Origin: Rotaria socialis
Taxonomy: Eukaryota
DNA: 64,000 nucleotides
Reading direction: 5' to 3'
NCBI GenBank assembly: GCA_905331295.1
Contig: CAJNYD010000034.1
Location: forward strand, 186,001 to 250,000
Of this stretch, positions 1 to 13,000 are shown one piece after another. Numbering within the stretch: position 1 is the stretch's first letter; each line of letters opens with the position of its first letter. Both the position numbers and the translations under genes were made by a program. The notes under the pieces are model-generated. The model was given only the letters and a program-made list of their open reading frames with translations. It did not search any database and was not told the origin of the DNA.

Positions 1-32
1 GCCGTTTCCCGTCATAAACCCCACGACCTGGG
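1..32. mobile_element. Terminal end of a CCCAGG-terminus non-autonomous DNA transposon, truncated by the window start
   Basis: Bases 1-32 (gccgtttcccgtcataaaccccacgacctggg) are close to the reverse complement of the terminus at 15666 (cccaggtcgtggacgtacggcgggaaacggc). Confidence 0.7.
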
Positions 33-1656
33 GCAGTCTCGAAAGAAATTATCAATGAACAATTCGTTTTTTGAAAAGTTTAGACAGATCAATTCATATA
101 TGAGATAGTAAATAGATATTTGATCTTCATCATGTACAGGTAATCATTATACAGCTATGTGTAGAATAGACGTACAGATGATGTTCAATGCTAATTTAAG
201 GGTAACAATCGTATTGTTACATCGTAAATGAGTTTCTTCATAGGACAGCTGAAATTTTATTCTTTTATTCATATTTCAATAATATTTATTTACATATTTT
301 TTAATCATGCTACATACTATCACTAAAATGCATTATCTTAGAATGATTATTTTTCACCAAAAACAAAACAATAGCCACAGGATTTTGTATTTTTAACAAA
401 AATAAAACGCGCAATAAATTACTTTTCTTTCTATTATGATAAATTGCGCATTTAAAGTTATTATCATATGACTAATAGTTTGTAATTATGTAAAGAAGTA
501 CTGATATACGTGTATTATTCAAACTATTTATCTCGTTCCGTATCATATATCTTGCATGCTAGTGTAGACCTATAGTCTGCACAGTCAGCTACTATAGAAC
601 ATTAGCTTATTGAAAAACTCATAATTTATAACTAAATGTCTACTTTTTTTTCTTCTAATAGAATTTATAGAATTATCAAAAGTCACAACAAACATTGATA
701 AGGTGCACATTTGTGACCGTACTTATTCTTTTCGTCTTTTCTTATAGTCTATGATAATTTACTTGTTAAGACTAGTTCTAATCATATAAATAAATCCGTC
801 AAAAACAACACGAGAATATTTTATAAGTAATAATTACAAATTCGTTTACGAGTAAAGATTAGATCAACCTCAATGATAAAAAAAAACAGAGAAAAAATAA
901 GTCATTTTGAGATTAGTTTTCTATCATGCATCACTCTCTTTTTCTTCTTAGCGTTCAATGTAAAAAAGGTTTACGCATAAAAAAATATATAGTAACCATT
1001 ACCCTAATTGATGAATGGAAAATAATAAATAAGAAGTAAATTTCTTTTATTCTTTGCGTTTTTGACTTTCAATAGATAAAAACCATACCAAACGTAAGTA
1101 TATTATACTAGTTCATATAGAATAAGTAGTATCAATATATGTGGGAATTTATCATATGACTTCATACTTCACTAATTCCATTTTCGTTTCACATCCTAAA
1201 TTAAATAATTATTCATATGGAAAATGAAGAATCTTCAAATAAATTATCATTATTATGCTTTTATATTTACAAAAGAAAACCCAATAACTTATGGAAACAT
1301 GCTTTACCTAATACTTAATAAATATAGAACAAAGTAACACTCAGAGCGATAAGCTTTTTCTTGGTAATTATTCTCTAGGATTGTTAGGGTCACAAAGATG
1401 ACCCAAAATTTCGGTCAAAAAACGTTCTTTCGAAAAAAGACTATACTGANTTCAGAGTAACAACAGTATAAGTAGCTCTTTGGTCTCAAATTGCTGATTA
1501 ATTAGTTAATTAGTACTCACTTAAGCGTTCAGTGTGTGCAGAATTAAAAGCTACATAGAGCACGTTCGGTTGGCTTCCTCAGAAACCGCGTGAAAATTGC
1601 AGAAAATTTAAAAAAAATGTTTTTCGAATTTTCTCAAAATCATGTTTTTCCCACGC

Positions 1657-1975
1657 GCATCCTAGTAATTTTGTTCTTAAGTATGTTTAATCGACCAAAT
1701 TTCTTTTCAATCGATAGAGCATGCAAAGACTCAGGACATGACGTTCTCCGATTTTTGAAAAAGCTTTTTTTTATGCCCAAAAAAGATCGCCTACAAAAGT
1801 AGCATGCAATTTTTTGGCCTCTTTTCAAGCACTTTTACTTGTGGAAAATTTTTCGGCCTACAGAATGAACTTTCAAAAATCGAAGAACGTCATACCCTGC
1901 ATCTTTGCATGCTCTATCGAATGAGAAAAAGATTTGGTCGATTAAACGTACTTAAGAACAAAATAACTAGGATGC
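1657..1975. repeat. Imperfect inverted repeat with ~105-bp arms, probably part of a MITE/foldback element
   Basis: gcatcctagtaattttgttcttaagtatgtttaatcgaccaaat...gagcatgcaaaga (1657-~1765) pairs with tctttgcatgctc...atttggtcgattaaacgtacttaagaacaaaataactaggatgc (~1870-1975). Confidence 0.8.
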
Positions 1976-2045
1976 CAGACCAGGTCCAACATATCCAGAG
2001 AATTTCAGCCGATTTGAGCGTTCTTTGGCGAAAATCGACCTTTGC

Positions 2046-2070
2046 GGGGCGGGGGGGGGGGGTTGGGGGN

Positions 2071-2128
<58 letters not shown>
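2046..2128. repeat. Poly-G / N / poly-C tract, likely an assembly or sequencing artefact
   Basis: G-run and C-run meet at an ambiguous base (2070). Confidence 0.6.
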
Positions 2129-2129
<1 letters not shown>

Positions 2130-2430
2130 CTTCGTAGTTCTTACAATTTGGATCATATCTATTGAATTGATTTCATACACAGTTTCTGTTAAAAATAAAT
2201 GTGTCATATATTTTCTGCTCTTTCATACATGTGACTCGTTGTATCTTACAAGTAGAAATCGTAAGCTATTCTTCTATAAAGCTGAATTAATCTAAAAAAT
2301 CATGAATTCTTGCATTTCTCTAGAGAACTTCTTGTCTTTTGTTTCTTTTTGCTAATTTCTAGATATTTTTAACCTGTCCTATTTATTCACCATAAATAAT
2401 ATCAAAAACAACAGCATTATAACAACAAAG

Positions 2431-3389
2431 ATGAAATCTACAACGTCAAAACTTGTCATTATTGTCTTATTTTTCGTGGATACTGCTCAAGTGGCTGCTA
2501 GTGCTGATTTCGTTCACTTACGTCCACAAGGTCATTGGCCACATTGGCTGGCCGAATCCAGTGATAATCGAGATGATGCACTGAAAATATGGAATAAAGA
2601 AAAACTGACTAGTGGATCCAGTGAAAGCCGTACGACTCCGTCACCAATCGAAATGTTACATTCGAAACCATCATTCAAAGGTACATTTTGTTTCAATTGT
2701 TTTCTTCGAAAAATCATCTTTGAGTTTTCCTTACATATTCAAGAAGCTTTATAGTTATTGAATAAATCTTTCATTTTATTTAGGATGTACTGATCCATCT
2801 GAACCATTTCAATGTCCACAAAGTGAACGATGTATTGCTTTACAGTTTATTTGCGATGGTCAACCAAATGATTGTCCTGATAATAATGATGAAAATGAAG
2901 AGACATGTATAGCAGGTAAATAGATACTTGTGTAGTATTGAAAAAAAATGAGCATCCTTTTTTTCATGTCCATACAGTCAAAAGACCAGCAAAAGAAAAC
3001 ATTGAAAATTTTCTTCGTGCTGTGTATACGTTACATGGTTTACGATTGTTTACATTTTTATTCGGTCAAACTTTTTCTAAAACTATTAAAAAGAATATGT
3101 CATATTGGTTGGAAGCTTTAGCCTCGGCATTTTCAGGTAAGAATCTTTTATTGTTTGTTTTACTAGAACATTTTCAAAACTTTCAAATATTTTAGTATCG
3201 AAAAATATTCGTATTTTTGGTACAAAATTACGAATGCCATCAAAAGATCTTGCACATTTTCGGCGTATCATACAAAAAATTCACCAAGGACTGTTGGAAG
3301 AAATCCCATTATTTGCACAGGAAGCCGTAAATCAAGGATTGGCGTCATTGATTGAAAAACTTCATAAATCCGGATTCATGGAAGAATAA
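2431..3389 (+). CDS. Prohormone-4 (IDLSRF-like peptide) family precursor with an LDL-receptor class A domain; 4 exons
   Basis: Exons 2431-2680, 2784-2915, 2978-3136 and 3196-3389 join in frame via GT-AG introns. Hydrophobic signal-like N-terminus, LDLa repeat CTDPSEPFQCPQSERCIALQFICDGQPNDCPDNNDENEETC, then AVKRPAKENIENFL...FLFG, typical of the prohormone-4 C-terminal domain. Confidence 0.8.
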
Positions 3390-3829
3390 ATGAAAAAATA
3401 TATATGTTTATATGTAATTTTTGAAAATTCGCGAGTACGAAAAAAGAAAAAGAAAAAGAACACAAAAATAAATATTTGAAAATACGATTGACCTTTTTGT
3501 TTTTCTTATTCTAAACTATGTACGCACTTCCATGTGTGATGATGTAGAATCAACTATTTACACATATGTACGAGTTGAACTTTTTCACTTCCTTAAATTT
3601 TATGTAGACATGTAAAATATGAAACATGGGGGCAAACATAAAAATGCTTTTAAAATAAGCACAAAATACACTGATAGCAGACAAATGCTGTTTCAACAAA
3701 TATTATTCGTGACTAATAGTATTTTCGTCATCGAATATGTACTAATTCTGCCGTATAAATATCGATTCCTTTTTGTTTGAAATCTCACATGAAAATAAAT
3801 ACTCAGTTGAATTCAATAAATAATTACAA

Positions 3830-6012
3830 ATGCCAAGTTCAGCATCTGTAGAAGGCATTCTTCATGGTGATGATAATCAACGTTTGAATTATCTTGTACA
3901 AGTTTTTGCTAAATATCAAATGACAGGAAAACGATATGAAACTAAAACATGGCATGCTTATTTTCGACGTATTGCCATTAATCCTGTTGTATTCTATCAA
4001 CATAATCATGCACTTTTTTATGAAGATAATCAAAGTGATAAAGATAATTTTCAAATTCATGAACCGACTTATATTCATGGTGATTTACATATTGGCCAAT
4101 TTCATTATTACTTTGATGATACTACTAATGAGCGAATATTTCAAATACGACAACATACAAAGAAAATTGCACCATTTACGTGGGACCTGAAACGTTTAGC
4201 AACTAATCTTGTACTTATTGGCTATTATCAAGGTTTTAGTGATATTGAAATAATTGAAATATTGAAAGCGTTTATTCAACAATATATTAATAGGGTTAAA
4301 GAAATTAAAAAGATAAATTTCTTTCGACAAAATTCAAATGAAGAAAACCAAATCCATCAAACCAAATCATATTTATTGCAAGGTCAATGCTCAGTTATTG
4401 ACTCAATACCAGTTCAGCAAGAAATGCATGAAATCGATTGGAAAGAATTAAATTCTGTAGCTAGTTGGATAATTTTAGCTGAACAATTGGCTATTACTGT
4501 TGCTGATTTGCATTGTCAATCAACTATTTCTGTGTTACCAACAGAAAAAATAGTAGAGAAGAATCCTGATTATTCACTGCGTATTATTCAAGCTGCTTTA
4601 TCATCGAGTGATCAACAGTATGAGTTAATTCAGGAAATTTGCTATTTCGCTATGAATTATGCTGAAATAGCTGAACACGATCATCGACTATTTTTTAAAT
4701 GTTTTCGTAATGAAACAATATTCAACGGCATTCTTATGGGTAATCATCGACAAATGCCACGTTCATTAGTCAGTGCTCGTTCATTGTCTATATTGATTGT
4801 TGGTGGTGGTATTGGCGGTTTGGCAACGGCATTAAATTTTGCTCAAGCTGGAATACGAGTTAGATTATTCGAAAAAAATTCTGAATTTAGTGAAGTTGGT
4901 GCTGGCATGCAATTAGCACCTAATTGTAGTCGTGTACTCGATCATCTTGGTATTTTAAAACAAGTACAAGCTAATGCTGTTTTTCCTAAACAAATTGTAT
5001 GGATGGATGCTCTATCTGGCCAAAGACTTGGCTGCATAGATTTAGGACCTAAATTTATTGAAACATTTAAATATCCATATATAGTTGTACATCGAGCTGA
5101 TCTTTTGAATGCGCTTTATCAAGCATGTTTTGCTGATCCATTAGTAACACTGGAAACAAATCGTTTTGTAGTAAGTGTTGACGAACGACCAAAATCAATC
5201 ATGGTTGAATGTGCTGACGGTACACGTTATGATTGTAATATGGTAGTTGCGGCCGATGGTCTTTGGTCGTCGTTAAGAAAATTTGTTCATGATGATGGAG
5301 CACCGCTTAGTGTTGGTTATGTAACCTATCGAGGTACAATAGATATCAGTCAAGTTTCAAAAGAAGCTGGCCTGGAAAATGTACAATTTTGGATTGGACC
5401 TGATATGCATCTGGTACAATATCCAATTCGACGTGGAGAATTATTTAATCAAGCAGCGATATTTAAATCAAAAAGAGTACCCGATGATACAGACGAATGG
5501 GGAACACGAGAAGAACTTAATCAACATTTTGGTATCGGATGTGAACATGTTAAAAATGCTTTGAAACTAATACAAAGTAATATACGATGGCCCGTATATG
5601 AGTAAGTTTATGTGTGTATTGAGTTCGCATAATTTTGTTCCTGTATTATTTTAGTCGTAATCCATTGTCGAAGTGGAGTCATGGCCATTTGGTGTTACTA
5701 GGCGATGCAGCTCATCCGATGTTACAATATGCTGGCCAAGGTGCTGCACAAGCATTGGAAGATGCGGATGCACTTGTAAGTGCTTATAAGAAATATGGAT
5801 CATTAAATCTTGATGCCGCATTTCGAGAATACGAACGAAAACGAATACCACGTTCATCAAAAATTGTCCAATTTGCACGTGATATTGGCAATTTTGCACA
5901 TTGTGATGGTGTCGCAAAGATTGCTCGTGATGCAACATTAAAAGCGCATGATATGAATGATTATGAAATTTTGAATTGGTTATATGCAGCTGAACAAAAA
6001 GACAGCGAATAA
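3830..6012 (+). CDS. Fusion: degenerate DUF2252 (kinase-like) domain + group A FAD-dependent monooxygenase (3-hydroxybenzoate 6-hydroxylase-like); 2 exons
   Basis: Exons 3830-5601 and 5655-6012; intron gtaag...ttag restores WPVYD-RNPL. N-terminal part has IHGDLH, PFTWDLKRLA, IDWKEL...VADLH and FAMNYAEIAEHDHRLFFKCFRN. C-terminal part has GGGIGG, EVGAGMQLAPN, VHRADL, AADGLWSSLR, HLVQYP and LLGDAAHPMLQYAGQGAAQALEDA. Confidence 0.9.
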
Positions 6013-6702
6013 AACTAGATTATATCTTGCATATGTTTTTGTGTTTAATGAATATATCGAATTTTGATAAGCTATTTCGTTATTTTTCTCTTTTTGTTTA
6101 TTATACTCAGTTATCCGTTCTAATAAAATGCTATTCTATTATGATGAATTAAATTTTTAAAAAGTAAACTTATTTTTGTTTCCACTTCGTATTGTTTTGC
6201 TAACTATTCTTCCAAGAAAAATCAATTATGTAATCACAATTTGAGTACAAAAACATATCCCGTAAAATAGAGTATTTAAACTGAAATTTCTATGAGTTCT
6301 GCACAAGCACGCGCGCACTATTTGCACAGTTCATTTTTCTATGGATCATATTTGTCGAGTATTTAGCGTAATAATTTTGAAAATGTATGCTAGTATCCCA
6401 CGCACACTGAGTGCATGCATTCGCTAAAGAGATTTGACTAGTTTTACAAAGAAACACTTCGAAGAAAAATACGCGAGCTTATGCGTACAATGAATAAACA
6501 TAAAATATAACTAATTAATAACTTTTCATTCATTTCATTCATTATTGTCGAAGAAATTGTAAAGATTCGCATTATTTTTTTTATTTATAAAGCTAAATTG
6601 ATAAGTAAAATTTCAGAAAAATGGCACAATATTAATTGGAAAAAAGAATCGAACATTTAACGAATGAGAGAGAAATAAAAGTTTCTTTTAGTTCTTATTT
6701 TA

Positions 6703-8743
6703 CTATTCACACATTCTTTTCAATGCAATAATTGCTTTTTTCAGTAATGTGACAAACTGAAATATGTCAGTAAAACTATTGTATAATGGTGCAGGTGCTA
6801 TTCGAATAATATCGTCGCGAATATCGATCTAAAAAACAAAGTAGTATTGGATAATTCGTGAACGTCAAATAATCGTGATTGCTTTTCTACTCACGACAAC
6901 ACCAACTTTCTCTAATTCATCATGAATCTGTTGAGCAGTTATACCGATAGGTCGAAATGATAGTTGAGCACCACGTTCTTGAGGATTAAGAGGAGTCAAT
7001 AAAGTAAATTGGCACAATCCTGTATCTTTATATAGGATAAAAATAGGACCATCTATAATTATTTGAATAAAGAATATAAAACAATAGGTACCTGCTAATT
7101 CAGTTTGAAGTAGATACTGGAGATATTGAGTAGCAATCATTGATTTCGCTCGAATTTGTTCGATTCCTACGTCTTCAAAAATCTATGAAAAAGAAAATAG
7201 TTTCTGTAACTTTAATCAAAACTATCTAGTTAAATTACCTCTAAACTAGCAGCAAGAGCAGCACATTGATGAATAGACGGATTACTAACACGAAAACCAA
7301 GAGCAGTAGTATCTCGATCAATATCTACAAATAATAGTATCTACTATTTACATGAAAATCGAATCAATGTCACGTACTATCCAACATGGCAAATCGGGTT
7401 GATTCTTGATTACTCCACCAGCCGTCAAGTGTTGTCAATTGAGTATCTTTCAAATTACTTGAATGTACAAATACTCCACCAATACATCCAGCTCCACCAT
7501 TTAAGTACTATATTCACAATGAGAATACAATATTGTCTTTTTTAATTTCAATAACCTACCTTATACGTACACCAGACAGCAAAATCAACTTGCCAGTCAT
7601 GTAATTTCAATGGTACATTACCAACTGCATGTGCTAAATCCCACCCAACACAACAGCCCTAAACAATGTTCAAGACAAACAGAGAATAGATTCACTATTT
7701 ATTTATTTTTGGCAATATGATTATTCATACTTGTTTATGAGCAACACGTGTAATAGTTTCAATATCGAATAATTGACCTGTATAATAATGTATACCGCCA
7801 ATCATGACAAGAGCAATTGAATGACCTTCACGTTGAAGTACTTCAACAATATCTTCAGTTCGTAAACAACATTCATTCTATAAGAAAAACTAAACTTTTA
7901 AAGAAATTATACATTGTGATCAACTTACTTCGCGTGCTTTGAGAACAATTTTTGCATCTTTTGGATCATAGCCATGTAATTTGATTTGTGAATTAATGGC
8001 ATATTGATCACTCGGAAATGCATGGTCTTCGTATAGAATTTTATAACGCTCACCTTTAGGTTGATAAAACGCTGTCTGTTAGTAGTCAAAAACAGACAAA
8101 GAGTTTTAGACTTATTATCTATTTTGTACAAAAAGATATTTACCATCATAAAATGAAGATTTGATGATAATTGATTCATAACAGCGACCTCTCTGATTTG
8201 AGCACCAACTAACAAACTCATAGTTGGTATACATGAAATATCACACTTTGCCCAAGGATTTGAACCAGTAAAATGACCATAAACGCCTCTATTACAAGAA
8301 AAGAGATAAGTTGAAGTGTGTTTCCTAAATAAAAGCAAATCATTTAATTTACAAAGTAGCCCAGTCATGCATAAATGCATCCATATTTTGCCATGTTTGT
8401 ACAGGCATTAATCCAAGCGATTGACCACAAAGATATATGCATTCATGAGATGGTTCAACTCGTTTTTTATCAACTAGAAAGCAATAATTTGATTTTCGTT
8501 TTACTTTATCAAAATGATATTAATTCTTTCATACAGACCATTCGGTAATGTTTGCAATTTCGGATAGAAAAATTTCTGTCGGACATAACCAAGAGGATCT
8601 TGATCATCCATACTTAATGCAAATTGTTTTGTATTTAATTCTGATTGAAATTGAAGCGCTTTTCTGTTGAGAAACGATTGTGGTGATTGATCATCATCGA
8701 GCTGAAAGAATTCTTGCCTGTTTATATTTTTTAAAAGTACCAT
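6703..8743 (-). CDS. KYNU: Kynureninase (PLP-dependent), multi-exon
   Basis: Spliced translation gives [87 protein letters not shown] (PLP lysine), FRVSNPS, ERGAQLS and [15 protein letters not shown]; stop TAG at 6703-6705. Confidence 0.95.
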
Positions 8744-10002
8744 TGTATGGGAATCAATATGATCTTATTTAATTTATTATTTTCTTTTAATTCATAGACA
8801 TTCTCTTGTAAATTATATAGGTACTTATATAGTTGACAGCAATAGAGAAATTTTTACTTCCTTTTTCGCCATGAAAGGTCATCGATTACTAACTTTTCAT
8901 TTACTTATTCCAGTATGATTTTTGCTTATGACGCAGGCTTTGTTGATCGTCATTTTTGTCACATATAAGCCATAGAAATCGAAGGAAGTGCAACATAATA
9001 TGGTAGACTGTTATTTTTTTTATAAATCATTTTGTACACTTTTTTGAAACTACCAAAACAGGCTAAAAATAGGAAAAAAAAGGAAGTGATAAACAAGCAA
9101 GTACATTCACTGAGTCAATTTACATTTTTGCAGAAAATGCTTCTATTGGTTTGATCCTCATAGGATATACTTTTTCAATAAAATAAGTGCTGCACACGAT
9201 CATATAAGCCTAATTTAAATAAAATAAGGATGACAACAACTCATAAACTTGAATAATTCAATTTTATGTTCCTTTCATTTCTGTTATGATGTTCCCTAAA
9301 AAAAAGTCTATTTTTCTATTTGTAGTTTTATAAATACAGCGACGTAGCGTATACTTTCGAATGCACCACAGTTTTATGTTAAGATTTGAGGATATGGCAG
9401 AGATTTTTCTGAAGCCTTTCATAGAAAACACGACCTTTTCTTTTTATCAGATGCCTAAAATTCAACATTTCTAGTAATATTTTTCTTCATGATATTAACG
9501 CATGTTCCGATACAAGCCTACATGTTAAAGATGAACCTGGGAGTCTCGAATTCATGTAGAATGTATGTCCGAACAATTTTCTCGAATATGAAAATTACAA
9601 AATTGCTTCATAACCTATTTTTAACCAGCAAATCAATATTATCAGAAATTTTACGTTCTGAGCCACCTTACCGAATTGTTTTCTCCTGATTCATACTATT
9701 TGCATTTTAATGTAAGCATATGTTTAAATCAATTTTTGTTAGCATATTAATGTGGTGTACTCAATCAAAATAGTCTAAAAAGTTGAAAAACAGAAGAGGA
9801 AAAAACAGATTTTGTTTCTAAACTGATCATCACAAAAAAAAGAATTTTTGGAAATAAATATTTTTTGTTTTGCGATTTTGATTATAAGTAGAATGTTCGA
9901 ATGATTTCTTCACGATATTTTGAATTTATTTATACAAGAATTTTATTGATTGTCTGATATAAATGAAAGACCACAAAAAGTAAAGCAAAAAATAAACACG
10001 AG

Positions 10003-13000
10003 TCATTGTTGATTATGTGATTGCTCTGTTGCTCGTTGAAGTTTATAATATAAACCTTGTTGTCTTAATAAATCTTCATGCTGTCCTTCTTCATGTACAC
10101 GGCCACTCTTGACAACAGCGATCTTTTCACTATTTTTTATAGTTGTTAATCGATGAGCAATAGTTAAACATGTTCGACCTTTTCGTGCATTATCGATTGC
10201 TTCTTGAACAATCTTAATTTTAAAATAAAATATAAATAATAAATATACTAATGAACATACTCCTTCGGATGTATTGTCGAGTGCAGATGTAGCTTCGTCA
10301 AGTAGAAGTATTTTAGGTTTTCTTAGCAGTGCTCGAGCTATAGCTATGCGTTGTTTTTGACCACCACTCAGTTGACTATTTCCAACATTACCACAATTAG
10401 TTTCATAACCCTAAAATTATTCATATGGGACATAGTTCACAAAGTAAAACGTAAGAAACTACTTGAGGAAATTGAAGAATTTCTTGATGAATATTAGCTT
10501 GTTTAGCTGCTTCTTCTATTTCTTCCAAAGCTACTTGTCTATGATCAATTCCATATGCAATATTTTCTGCTATAGTACGATTAAATAGAACGGGTTCTTG
10601 TTGAACAAAACCAATGATTGACCGAAGCCAATTTATATTTAATATTTTGATATCATGTTTATCCAAAAAGATTTTACCATCTGTTGAATCATAAAAACGA
10701 AGTAAAAGAGAAATAGTTGTACTTTTCCTATAATGAAATGAATATGAAGATAGTTTTCAATCAGCACTTATTTATCTTACCCACAACCTGAAGAACCAAT
10801 CAATGCTGTCGTTTGTCCTTCTAAACATTTAAGATTAAAATTGCTTAGAACAAGTCGAGTTTTCCGTGTTGGATATGAAAATGTAATATTATGGAATTCG
10901 ATATTGCCTTGAAAATGATCCTAAAAATATTTTCATTCAGAACTTAAAAAGACTTCCCTTTCTATTTAAAATTTAAATACCAACCAGTTTTAAACCATCT
11001 TCGTTGTATGGATCAATTGCAGATTGACGATTATGTAATGCAAGAATACGTTCTGCTGCTGTTTTAGCTATATTATAATCGGGCATGGCAGATGTACTTC
11101 GACCAATCGACATGGATGCAAAATTAATAACTATATAAACTCGAAATACTTGTGAAAAATCCATTTCACCATTTTCAATTAAACTTGCACCATAACTGAA
11201 TGTTGTAACCTGTATAAAATATAAAAATGAATTTGCTATTGCTTTGCCTAATGCCTGAATTTGAATTTTGCACATTCGTTTCCTAGAAAAAGAAAATAAT
11301 TATTTATCAAAAAAAGTAATTCTTTTACAATGACTTACTTAAAATCTTGATTAAATGCTTCTTCATATCTTTGGATAAAAAATTTTTCTTGATTCAAAGT
11401 TGCTACCGTACGAATATCTTGAATAGCTTCAACTGCATACTATTTAAATCACAAAAAGCATTAAAATCTCTAATAAAACTACAATAACTTACTCGCCCAC
11501 CTTCTTCAGCAAATGATTTTGCTGTTTTTGATTGCCCTGCTTTCGATTGTGTTTGCCCTTGTAGATAACCGGAAAAAATTAATAATGGAGTGAAACATAG
11601 AACAACTAATGTCAATTTCCAGCCAGCCATCAGCGCAACAACAAGTGTAAATATCAGCGCACCTAAAGATGAAACAAGTGCATTCAGTCGAACACCTGTT
11701 AAACCCTTTGAACAAGAAAAAAGTTAAAGAAAAGTAGAATTTTAATTTTTACTTTAAGAGCAGCTGTATCTGTAGATAATCGAGTGATCAATGATCCAAC
11801 ACTATTTGTTTCTTCATCGAACCAACTCATATCCTGCCTTAGCATTGCTTGAAATGTCCGTAAACGCATTCGTAATGTTAATGCTTCACCTGATTTAGCA
11901 AATGTAATTGTACTCAGACATTGTACAATACCAGCAAAAATATAAATACTAAAAATTATCAACGATAAATCTCTTGTACTTTGCGATTGGTCTGCAAGAT
12001 TTGGATTTGCCAAAAGTCCAAAAACAATCGAATAGATGAGACCAACTACTGGTTCAACACAGCCGAACATGAGAGAACATATACATCCAATAAATAGATA
12101 GAATTTTTCAGGTGAATTTAATTTAAGTAATTTAATAAAGAATGGAGTATGACAACAAGAATACTTCGGATTTTGCTCGTTTTCATTTAATGATGCTTCT
12201 TCAATAGTAGACGAAGACATTTTTCGACTTGATTTTACTAAAAACCAAAATATTTAGATTTTCAATTCAGAATAATTTAATCAGCTTATCTATATTTACA
12301 TGAGGAAGCATTTGATGTTTTTCGTTTGATGCCACATGTTGCTTCTTCTTCTTCTTCTTCTTCCTCATCTGGAGCTGAATGAGCAGCCAACGAGCGATAA
12401 AGTCCATTTTCAATTTGTAACAATTCTTCATGTGTACCTTGTTCTATAATATGTCCTTTATCAAAAACGAGAATATGATCAGCATCTTGAATAGTGGTTA
12501 ATCGATGTGCAATGATAACTGTTGTTCGACCTTGACTTGCTTTGTTCAATGCATTTTGTACAATTTTTTCACTTCTATTGTCTACATACATATATTAATA
12601 ATAATTAAATCGATGGCAAATGGCAAAGATAGATTTATAATTTTACCTAATGCTGAAGTTGCTTCGTCTAAAAGTAAAATTTTTGGATCCGAAATAATGG
12701 CACGAGCAATAGCAATTCTTTGTTTTTGCCCACCACTTAGCATTCCTTTTGCTGATGTTTGATATTTTTCAGGTAATTCAAGAATGAAACTATGAGCATT
12801 TGACATTTTAGCGGCTTCATAGATTTCTTCCTAAATTAATGTGCAAATTTTTCTTTTAGTAAATTAAACATTGTTATACCAACTTCTGTAGCATCAGGTT
12901 TACCCAACCGAATATTATCTGCAATTGTGCCGGAAAATAATACAGGTTCTTGCCCAACATATCCAATTTGTGAACGAAGCCATTCAATATTTAATTTTCG

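Noticed and set aside
1590..2295. ORFs with poly-Pro/poly-Gly
   Set aside because: They arise from an inverted repeat and a G/C homopolymer around an N; no coding signal.
4780..6012. Kynurenine 3-monooxygenase (KMO) call, suggested by the adjacent KYNU
   Set aside because: The fingerprint is HPMLQYAGQGAAQALED, not the KMO-type HAIVPFxGQGMNxGFED.
3830..6012. Bacterial contamination
   Set aside because: It has a spliceosomal intron, host-like AT content, and is contiguous with intron-rich animal genes.
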